From assembly GCA_963169045.1 (NCBI GenBank), contig CAUJDF010000075.1, positions 16,689 to 80,688 on the forward strand: a stretch of DNA of 64,000 nt. Direction: 5' to 3'. Each line of letters starts with the position of its first letter. Position 1 is the stretch's first letter. Both the position numbers and the translations under genes were made by a program. The notes under the pieces are model-generated. The model was given only the letters and a program-made list of their open reading frames with translations. It was not told the origin of the DNA and searched no databases. Of this stretch, positions 25,076 through 33,040 are shown one piece after another. The DNA comes from Myxococcota bacterium. Its GTDB lineage: Bacteria; Myxococcota_A; Bradymonadia; UBA7976; UBA1532.

Positions 25076-28000
25076 ACCTCGCCGAGGTCAGCGTCAAGCG
25101 GCCGGTCTTCGCCACCATGATGTCGCTGGCGCTCGTGGCGCTCGGCGCCATCTCCTACACGCGCCTCGGCGTGGCCCTCCTGCCCGACATCGAGCGCCCG
25201 ACCGCCACGATCTTCACCACGCTGCCCGGCGCGAGCCCCGAGGAGATCGAGACCGCCGTCACCCAGCCGATCGAGGAGCAGCTCAACACGATCGGCGGCA
25301 TCGAGGAGATGCGCTCGGTCAACCGCGAAGGCCGCTCGATGGTCTTCCTCACGTTCTCGCTCGACCGCGACATCAACGCCGCCGTGCAGGACGTGCGCGA
25401 CAAGGTGGCGCAGGTGGTGCGGCGGCTGCCCGAGGGCACCGACCCGCCGTTCATCTCGACGTTCGACAGCGAGTCGACGCCCATCCTCGCCGTGGCGCTC
25501 GCCGGGCCGCAGTCACTGCGGGAGCTCACCGAGTTCGCCGAGACGCGCCTGAAGGACAGCATCGGCACCGCGCCGGGCGTGGGACAGGTGACGGTCGAGG
25601 GCGGGCGCCGGCGCGCGATCAACGTCTGGCTCGACGCCGACCGGCTCGCCGGCTACGGCATCACGGCCACTGACGTGAAGCGGGCGCTGCAGGCGCAGAA
25701 CGTCGAGATCCCCGGCGGGCGCATCACCCGCGGCGAGCGCGAGGACGTGCTGCGCACGATGGCGCGCGTGCGCAGCGTGGCCGAGCTCGAGGGCATCGTG
25801 CTCGGCACCGCGCCGCAGACCGGCGCGCCGATCTTCCTGCGCGACGTCGCCTCGGTGGAAGACGGCACCGAGGAGGTGCGCGGCGTCGCCCGCCTCAACG
25901 GCCGCGAGGCGGTCACGCTCGTCGTGCAGAAGCAGACGGGCGCGAACATCGTCGAGACGGCCGACGCCATCCAGAAGCGCCTCGACGGCATGCGCTCGCT
26001 GCTGCCGCCCGGCGCCGACATGCTGGTGCTGCGCGACAGCTCGGTCTTCGTGCGCAAGAGCGCCGACGAGGTGCGCGTGCACCTGGTCCTGGGCGGCATC
26101 CTCGCGTCGCTCGCGGTGCTGCTCTTCATGGGCTCGGTCGTGTCCACACTCATCGCCGCGGTGGCCATCCCTGCGTCGCTGATCGCCACGTTCACCGTGC
26201 TCCACGCCCTGGGGTTCACGCTCAACAACATCACGCTGCTGGCGCTGACGCTGGCGGTCGGCATCGTCATCGACGACGCCATCGTCGTCATCGAGAACGT
26301 CCACCGACACATGGTGGAGCGGCGGATCTCCGCCATGCAGGCCGCCGTCGAAGGCACCAAGGAGATCGCGCTCGCCGTCTCGGCGACGACGCTCTCGCTG
26401 GTGGTGATCTTCCTGCCGGTGGCGTTCATGAGCGGCGAGATCGGGCGCCTCTTCAACAGCTACGGCGTGACCGTGGCCGTGGCGGTGCTGGTGTCGCTGT
26501 TCATCTCGCTCTCGCTGACGCCCATGCTGGCGTCCCGCTTCCTGCGGGGCGGCGATCACGCGCACGGCGGGCGGCTGTCCCGGTTCGCCGACCGGCTGAC
26601 CGGGTGGCTCGACGCGCGCTACGTGCGCCTCGTGCGGTGGTCGCTCGACCACCGGCTGATCGTCGTGGTCGCCGCGCTGGCGATCGTCGGCACCACCATC
26701 CCGCTCTTCGGGAAGGTCGGGCAGGACTTCATGCCCGAGGACGATCAGAGCGAGTTCGAGATCACCATCGAGCACCCCACCGGCACCGCGTTCGACGGCG
26801 CCGACGCGGTCATGCGCGAGATCGAGGCGCAGGTGGCGAAGCTGCCGGCGGTGCAGGACGTGCTGATGACCATCGGCGACAGCCGCGGGTCGGGCGTCGC
26901 CACGCGCGCCAACGTCTACGTGGCGCTGAAGCCGCTCGAGCAGCGCGCGGTCTCCCAGACCGACGTGATGAACAAGGCGCGGCAGCTTCTGCGGCGCTAC
27001 CCCGATGTCCGCGGGACGGTGCGCTCGCTCAACACGAGCGGCATCGGCGGCGGCGGATACGGCGGCAAGCTGCGCCTGGCGCTCCGGGGCCCCGACCTGC
27101 CGACCCTCGAGGTCACGCTGCAGAAGCTGCTGAAGGAGCTGCGGGCCGATCCGAAGTTCGTCGACGTGGGCAGCCCCAGCCTCGACCGACTGCCCGAGCT
27201 GCACGTCGACATCGACCGGCGCAAGGCCGCCGACCTCGGCATCGAGGCGCAGCAGGTGGCCGAGGCGCTGCGCACGATGGTCGGCGGCGAGGTGGTCTCG
27301 GCGTACCGCGAGGGCGACGAGCGCTACGACATCTGGCTGCGGGTGCGCGCCGAGGACCGCGCCGGCATGGAGTCGGTGGGGCGCCTGCCCATCCGGTCGC
27401 GCAGCGGCGCCCTCGTGCCGCTCGAGAACTTCGCGCAGATCGCCGAGGCGAAGGGGCCGACGCTGATCCTGCGCTACAACGGCGTCCGCCAGGTGTTCGT
27501 CTCGAGCAACCCCGCGCCGGGGGTGGCGCTCGGCGACGGCGTGAAGCGCGTCGAGCAGATCGTCGCCGGGCTGAACCTGCCGCCGGGCTACGACGTCCAG
27601 CTCATGGGCGACGCGAAGGTGATGGAGGACACGGGCCGGGAGTTCCTGCTCGCGCTCGCGCTGTCTCTGCTCTTCGTCTACATGGTGCTCGCCGCGCAGT
27701 TCGAGAGCTTCCTGCACCCCGTCACCATCCTCATGGCGCTGCCGCTGACGCTGCCGTTCGCCCTGCTTTCGCTGCTGATCACGCACGAGACGCTGAACGT
27801 CTACTCGGTGTTCGGCCTGTTCATGCTGCTTGGAATCATCAAGAAAAACGGAATCTTGCAGGTCGACTACACCAACACGCTCGTCCAGCGGGGCATGGCC
27901 ACGCGCGACGCCATCCTCGAGGCGAACCGCGCGCGTCTGCGGCCCATCCTGATGACCACGCTCACGCTGATCGCCGCGATGGCGCCGATGACGATCGCGG

Positions 28001-28221
28001 AGGGGGCGGGCGCGGCGTCGCGCGCGGCGCTGTCGAAGGTGATCGTGGTCGGTCAGGCGCTGTCGCTGCTCGTGACGCTGCTCATCGTGCCGGTCGCCTA
28101 CTCGTTCTTCGACGACCTGCGCCGCGGGCGCCGCGGGCGCCGCAAGCCGGTCGTCGCCCCCACCGACGACGCCCCGGAGGAGCTGCCGGTCGAGGCGGCG
28201 AGCCGGTCCCGCCTCACCTGA
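25072..28221 (+). CDS. RND (AcrB/HAE1-type) inner-membrane efflux pump
   Basis: Its GTG overlaps the adaptor stop (GTGA). About 1050 aa, 12 TM, motifs VKRPVFATMMSLAL, AVGIVIDDAIVVIEN, GIIKKNGILQVDY. Confidence 0.9.
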   Translation: MNLAEVSVKRPVFATMMSLALVALGAISYTRLGVALLPDIERPTATIFTTLPGASPEEIETAVTQPIEEQLNTIGGIEEMRSVNREGRSMVFLTFSLDRDINAAVQDVRDKVAQVVRRLPEGTDPPFISTFDSESTPILAVALAGPQSLRELTEFAETRLKDSIGTAPGVGQVTVEGGRRRAINVWLDADRLAGYGITATDVKRALQAQNVEIPGGRITRGEREDVLRTMARVRSVAELEGIVLGTAPQTGAPIFLRDVASVEDGTEEVRGVARLNGREAVTLVVQKQTGANIVETADAIQKRLDGMRSLLPPGADMLVLRDSSVFVRKSADEVRVHLVLGGILASLAVLLFMGSVVSTLIAAVAIPASLIATFTVLHALGFTLNNITLLALTLAVGIVIDDAIVVIENVHRHMVERRISAMQAAVEGTKEIALAVSATTLSLVVIFLPVAFMSGEIGRLFNSYGVTVAVAVLVSLFISLSLTPMLASRFLRGGDHAHGGRLSRFADRLTGWLDARYVRLVRWSLDHRLIVVVAALAIVGTTIPLFGKVGQDFMPEDDQSEFEITIEHPTGTAFDGADAVMREIEAQVAKLPAVQDVLMTIGDSRGSGVATRANVYVALKPLEQRAVSQTDVMNKARQLLRRYPDVRGTVRSLNTSGIGGGGYGGKLRLALRGPDLPTLEVTLQKLLKELRADPKFVDVGSPSLDRLPELHVDIDRRKAADLGIEAQQVAEALRTMVGGEVVSAYREGDERYDIWLRVRAEDRAGMESVGRLPIRSRSGALVPLENFAQIAEAKGPTLILRYNGVRQVFVSSNPAPGVALGDGVKRVEQIVAGLNLPPGYDVQLMGDAKVMEDTGREFLLALALSLLFVYMVLAAQFESFLHPVTILMALPLTLPFALLSLLITHETLNVYSVFGLFMLLGIIKKNGILQVDYTNTLVQRGMATRDAILEANRARLRPILMTTLTLIAAMAPMTIAEGAGAASRAALSKVIVVGQALSLLVTLLIVPVAYSFFDDLRRGRRGRRKPVVAPTDDAPEELPVEAASRSRLT

Positions 28222-28966
28222 GCAGCTCGGCCAGCGCCGCGTACAGGTCGGCGCGCATCGCCGGCGGGATGGCGTGGCGCACGCCGGGATAGGCGCGCAG
28301 CGTGACGTCCGCGCCGGCGGCGCGCAGGGCCTTCACCGTCTCGTCGCCGGCGGCGAACGGAATGACGTCGTCGGCCTCGCCGTGGAACGCGCGCACGGGC
28401 ACCGACGGGGCGCGCGCCGGACGAAGGGACGCGGGCAGCGCGCCGGCGACGGGCAGGGCGGCGGCGACGGCGTCCGGGTGGTGGGCGGCCACCGCGAAGC
28501 TCAGGATGCCGCCCTGGGAGAAGCCGGTGATCACGGGCTTGCCGCGCGTGGGCCGGTGCGCGGCGAGCCAGCGGGCGAGCTCGGCCAGCTTCGCCGCGCT
28601 CTCGCGGATGCCCGCCTCCCGCGCGGGATCGTCGGGCACGGGCGGCAGCTTCGCCACCGGGAACCACGCGTGGCCGCGGCCGCGCGGCGTCGGGCCCCGC
28701 GGCGCCACGACGCGCGCGGCGAAGGGCAGCTCCTCGAGGAGGCGGACGAAGCGCTCCGGGCGATCGCCGAGGCCGTGCACCGCGATGACGAGGGGCAGCG
28801 TGTCCTCGGGGCGCCCGCCGGCGGTGACGCGCTCGACGTACTCGAGGGGAGCGGGCGCGTCGGCGGACGGCGGCGTCGGAGCGGCGCCGCCGCCGGCGTC
28901 GGCGAGGCGGCACGCGGAGACGAGGAGGAGCCACAGCGACGTCACGAGGGGGCGCATGGGCGGCAT
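28214..28966 (-). CDS. lipoprotein alpha/beta-hydrolase (phospholipase/carboxylesterase family)
   Basis: C-terminal 250 aa of the artefactual 2070-aa ORF. Lipobox LLLVSAC, nucleophile elbow GFSQGG, catalytic Asp/His context (HGEADDVIP, GVRHAI). Confidence 0.8.
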   Translation of the reverse strand: MPPMRPLVTSLWLLLVSACRLADAGGGAAPTPPSADAPAPLEYVERVTAGGRPEDTLPLVIAVHGLGDRPERFVRLLEELPFAARVVAPRGPTPRGRGHAWFPVAKLPPVPDDPAREAGIRESAAKLAELARWLAAHRPTRGKPVITGFSQGGILSFAVAAHHPDAVAAALPVAGALPASLRPARAPSVPVRAFHGEADDVIPFAAGDETVKALRAAGADVTLRAYPGVRHAIPPAMRADLYAALAELLR

Positions 28967-29038
28967 CGTATCGGAACGAGTTTGCGGGCGTCTCCACGGC
29001 GGTCGCACACTGAGCCGGTTCGGTGGACGGGGGAGACG

Positions 29039-32011
29039 ATGCGGACCTTCAGACGCGCGTGGGGCCCGGCGCTGGGGTTGTTCGTCGCCGCTTGCGCGGC
29101 CGAGGACGGCGTGTCTTCGGGCGGCGCCGGTGGCGGCGGGGCGGCGCCCGTGCGCGACGCCTCGGTGACACGTCCCGGTGACGCGGGACCGGCCGCGGAC
29201 GCGGCGCCCCCGGTCGTCGACCCCGACGGCGCCCCGGCGGACCCCGACGCGGCGCCCGGCTGCGAGCGAGACGACGCCTGCGCCGAGGGCGAGTGGTGTC
29301 AGGGCGGGGGCTGCGTCGCCCGGCCGGCGGGCGGCTGTCGCGCCGACGCGGACTGCGCGGCGGGCGAGACGTGCGCCGACGACCGCTGCGGGCCGCGCAT
29401 CCTCCAGTGTGTCGAGGACGCGGACTGCGACGCGGGCGAGTCCTGCGCCGACGGCACGTGCGTGGCCGCCGCGCCGCGCTGTGCGGGCGACGCCGACTGC
29501 GCGCCCGGACTCCGCTGCGTCGACGGCGCATGTACGCCGTCGGTGGCGGGCTGCGCGGGCGACGCGGACTGCGGGGCGGGCGAGGCGTGCCGGCAAGGCG
29601 CGTGCGTCCCCGGCTGCATGGAGCCGGCGGCGTGCGGCGAAGGCCTGGTCTGCGCCGGCGGTGCCTGCGTGCCGCCGTGCGCCGGCGACGACGGCTGCCC
29701 GGACGGCGAGGTCTGCCGCGCCGGCCTCTGCGCGCCGTCCTGCGACGCGGGCTGCGGCGACGGCCTGGTCTGCGACGGCGGCGCCTGCGTGCCGCCGTGC
29801 GCCGGCGACGACGGCTGCCCGGACGGCGAGGTCTGCCGCGCCGGCCTCTGCGCGCCCGCCTGCGTCGTCGACGCCGACTGCGGCGCCGGCCTCTGCCGCG
29901 ACGGCGCCTGCGGCCCCGCCGAGTGCGCCGACGACGCCGGATGCGCCGCCGACGCGCGCTGCGAGGCGGGGCGCTGCGTCCCGCGCTGCCCGCTCGGCCC
30001 CGGGCCGTCCTGCGGCGACGACGGCGTGCTCTATGTCTGCGACGTCGACGGCCCCCGCGCGCTCGAGGTCTGCGCCCACGGCTGCGAGGTCGACCGCTGC
30101 CGCCCGCCGCCCTGCGCGGACGACGCCGGCTGCCCCGCCGGCCGGACCTGCGCCGGCGGCCTCTGCAGCCCCGTGCCCGGGAGCGCGTGCGACGCGCCGG
30201 TCCGCCTCGACCACCTCGGCGAGTACCGCGGCTCGACGCTGCGGGCGCCCGCCGCGACCCGCGGGACGTGCGGCGGCGACGCGCCCGAGGCCGCCTTCGT
30301 GCTCGACCCCGCGCTCGGACCCGTGTGCCTCAGCACCGCCGGGTCCGCCTTCGATACGGTGCTCTACCTGCGCGGGACCTGTGACGATCCGGCATCCGAA
30401 TTCTCTTGCAACGACGACCGACCCGAGGTCGCGCCGCAGTCGCAGGTCTTCATCCACCCGTTCGACAGCGCGCCGATCGTCTTCCTCGACGGCGTCGCCG
30501 CCGACGCCGCGGGCGACTACGTCCTGACGGTGAGCGCCGGGGCGTGCGGCGCGCCGCCGCCGGCCTGCCCTGGGGGCGACGGCCTGCACTGCGGCGACGG
30601 CGCCGACCGGCCGCGCGGCACGCTCTTCTGGTGCGCCGCGGGCGCCTGGGCGCCCGTCGAGGTCTGCGTCCACGGCTGCGAGCGCCTCGCGGACGTCGAC
30701 GACCGCTGCCGCGCCGAGCCTCCGCCGGGCTGCGTCGCCGACGCCGACTGCGCCGACGGCGAGCGCTGCCTCGACGGCGCCTGCCAGCCGGGCTGCGCCG
30801 CCGACGCGGAGTGCCCCGCCGGCCACCTGTGCCTCGGCGGGCGCTGCGTCCCGGCCCCGCGCTGCGACGACGACGCGGACTGCATCGCCGGCGAGCGCTG
30901 TCTCGAGGGCGCCTGCGTCGTCGCGCCGCCGTCCTCCTGCGACCGCCCGGCGCCCATCGGCGACTTCGGCGTGTTCCGCGGGACGACCGCCGGCGCGCCG
31001 TCCGCCGTGAGCGGCACCTGCGCCGGCGCCGGCCCCGAGGTCGTCTTCGCCCTCGACCCCGCGCTCGGGCCCGTCTGCCTGAGCACCGCGGGGTCGGTCG
31101 TCGACACGGTCCTGCACGTCCGCAGCGACTGCGGCGCGCCGGCCTCCGAGCTCGCCTGCAACGACGACACGGCCGGCCTCGGCCTCGCCTCGCGCGTCGA
31201 CGTGGCGGCCGGCGCCGGCCTCGCCTACGTCTTCGTCGACAGCTTCGGCGCGCCGGGCGGCGCCTTCTCGCTCGACGTCTCGCCGGGCCCGTGTGGGGCC
31301 GGTCCGGGCGGCGGCTGCGCCGACGCGATCCCGCTGCCCGCGGGCGGGGGCATCATGCAGGGCACCACCGACGGCCGCGCCAACGCGCTCGCAGGACGAT
31401 GCGGCGGCGGGGCGGCGCCCGACATCGTCTACACGCTCCGCCTCGACGAGCGATCCGACGTCGCCGTCGAGGTCGTCGGCTTCGACACGGTGCTGTACCT
31501 CCGCGCGGCCTGCGCCGACGCCGCCACCGAGCTCGGCTGCAACGACGACAGCGATCCGCCCGGCGGCTTCGGATCCGGCCTCTTCGGCACGCTCGAAGCG
31601 GGTCTCTACTTCGTCGTCGTCGACGGGTACGGCGTCAACGGCGGCCCCTTCACGTTGAGCGTCGACGTCGCCGCCGTGGGGGCGGGCTGCGCCGACGGCG
31701 AGCTGCGCCTCGCCGACGGCGTCGACGCGACCGAGGGCCGCGTCGAGGTCTGCCACCAGGGCGAGTGGGGGACGGTGTGCGACGACGGCTGGGACGACGC
31801 CGACGCACGCGCCGTCTGCCGCCAGCTGGGGCTGCCCGATGCCGACGCCGTCGCCCTTTCGTTCGCGGGCTTCGGCCCCGGCGAGGGGGCCATCTGGCTC
31901 GACAACGTCGCCTGCGGCGGCGCCGAGGCGCGCCTCGATCAGTGCCCCCACAACGGCTGGGGCATCCACAACTGCGGTCACTTCGAGGACGCCGGCGTCG
32001 TCTGCCAGTGA
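29039..32011 (+). CDS. large lipoprotein: Cys-rich (C-x3-C-x2-G-x2-C-x2-G-x-C) repeats, three ~120-aa TC..G..PE../FDTVLYLR/CNDD modules, C-terminal SRCR (scavenger receptor cysteine-rich) domain
   Basis: ATG 29039 (MRTFRRAWGPALGLFVAAC, lipobox). SRCR signature RVEVCHQGEWGTVCDDGWDDADARAVCRQLG...IWLDNVACGGAEARLDQCPHNGWGIHNCGHFEDAGVVC. Confidence 0.85.
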   Translation: MRTFRRAWGPALGLFVAACAAEDGVSSGGAGGGGAAPVRDASVTRPGDAGPAADAAPPVVDPDGAPADPDAAPGCERDDACAEGEWCQGGGCVARPAGGCRADADCAAGETCADDRCGPRILQCVEDADCDAGESCADGTCVAAAPRCAGDADCAPGLRCVDGACTPSVAGCAGDADCGAGEACRQGACVPGCMEPAACGEGLVCAGGACVPPCAGDDGCPDGEVCRAGLCAPSCDAGCGDGLVCDGGACVPPCAGDDGCPDGEVCRAGLCAPACVVDADCGAGLCRDGACGPAECADDAGCAADARCEAGRCVPRCPLGPGPSCGDDGVLYVCDVDGPRALEVCAHGCEVDRCRPPPCADDAGCPAGRTCAGGLCSPVPGSACDAPVRLDHLGEYRGSTLRAPAATRGTCGGDAPEAAFVLDPALGPVCLSTAGSAFDTVLYLRGTCDDPASEFSCNDDRPEVAPQSQVFIHPFDSAPIVFLDGVAADAAGDYVLTVSAGACGAPPPACPGGDGLHCGDGADRPRGTLFWCAAGAWAPVEVCVHGCERLADVDDRCRAEPPPGCVADADCADGERCLDGACQPGCAADAECPAGHLCLGGRCVPAPRCDDDADCIAGERCLEGACVVAPPSSCDRPAPIGDFGVFRGTTAGAPSAVSGTCAGAGPEVVFALDPALGPVCLSTAGSVVDTVLHVRSDCGAPASELACNDDTAGLGLASRVDVAAGAGLAYVFVDSFGAPGGAFSLDVSPGPCGAGPGGGCADAIPLPAGGGIMQGTTDGRANALAGRCGGGAAPDIVYTLRLDERSDVAVEVVGFDTVLYLRAACADAATELGCNDDSDPPGGFGSGLFGTLEAGLYFVVVDGYGVNGGPFTLSVDVAAVGAGCADGELRLADGVDATEGRVEVCHQGEWGTVCDDGWDDADARAVCRQLGLPDADAVALSFAGFGPGEGAIWLDNVACGGAEARLDQCPHNGWGIHNCGHFEDAGVVCQ
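29642..29857. repeat. near-identical ~96-bp segment repeated with a 120-bp period (recent duplication of one Cys-repeat unit)
   Basis: 29642-29737 and 29762-29857 differ at only a handful of positions. Both encode [31 protein letters not shown]. Confidence 0.9.
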
Positions 32012-32113
32012 CCGCGGGCCGCGCGCCGCGCACCCGGCCGTCGTCGCCGGCCACCGCCGCGACGCCGCGCCGCGGGCGTCCGGCGGCGGCCGCTGGCCGC
32101 GGCGCGGCCTTCC

Positions 32114-33004
32114 GTGTACGAGCCGCCCCACATGATCGGACAGGCCCTCGCAATCGGCTGCGCCGTCTCCTGGGCGCTCTCGGTGGTGCTCTTCAAGCGC
32201 GCCGCGTCGGGCGTCACCGCGCAGGGGATGAACCTCTACAAGAACGTGGTCGCGCTCGCCCTCCTCGGCGCGACGCTGGCCTTCCTGGGGCGCGGCTTCG
32301 ACCTCGGGCGCGACCCGTGGGACTGGGCGGCGCTCGCCGTCAGCGGGGTCGTCGGCATCGCGGTGGCCGACTCGCTGTACCTCGCCGCGCTGCGGCGCAT
32401 GGACGCCGGCCTGCTGGCCATCCTCGAGTGCGTCTACGCGCCGGCGGTCATCGGGCTGTCGGTCTGGTGGCTGCGCGAGACGCCCTCGCCCCTGTTCCTC
32501 GCCGGCGCCGCGCTCGTCATCGGCGGCGTCGCGCTCGCCCTCGGCGCGGGGCGACGGAGCGCGGCCGCGCCCCTCGGGGCCGTGGCGCAAGCGCTCCTCG
32601 CCGTCCTGTGCATGGCCGTCGCGGTGACGATGGCCAAGCCGGCGCTGAACCGCGGCGACCTCATCGAGGTGACGACGGTGCGCCTGCTGGCCGGCACGGC
32701 GGCGCTCGCCCTCTTCGTCGGCGCCCGCCGCGACCGCGCGCGCCACTTCGCCGCGCTGCGCCCCGGCGGCGCCGGGCGCGGGCTCTTCGCGGCGGCGGTC
32801 GTCGGCACCTACGTGTCGATGATCCTCTGGCTCGGCGGGCTCAAGTACACCGACGTCCACACCGCGGCGACGCTCAACCAGCTCACGACCGTTTTCACGA
32901 TTGGTTTTGCGAGGTTGGGGCTCGGTGAGCCGCTGACGCCGCTCCGCCTCGCCGGCGGCGCCGCGTCGCTCGCCGGGGGACTCCTCGTCGTCTCGGCCAG
33001 CTGA
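32114..33004 (+). CDS. EamA/DMT-family transporter
   Basis: Ten predicted TM helices and two EamA halves. Alternative ATG start at 32132 (MIGQALAIG). Confidence 0.8.
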   Translation: MYEPPHMIGQALAIGCAVSWALSVVLFKRAASGVTAQGMNLYKNVVALALLGATLAFLGRGFDLGRDPWDWAALAVSGVVGIAVADSLYLAALRRMDAGLLAILECVYAPAVIGLSVWWLRETPSPLFLAGAALVIGGVALALGAGRRSAAAPLGAVAQALLAVLCMAVAVTMAKPALNRGDLIEVTTVRLLAGTAALALFVGARRDRARHFAALRPGGAGRGLFAAAVVGTYVSMILWLGGLKYTDVHTAATLNQLTTVFTIGFARLGLGEPLTPLRLAGGAASLAGGLLVVSAS

Positions 33005-33040
33005 CGCACCGGCCTGTCGCACAGCGGGCGCGCCTCGTCT

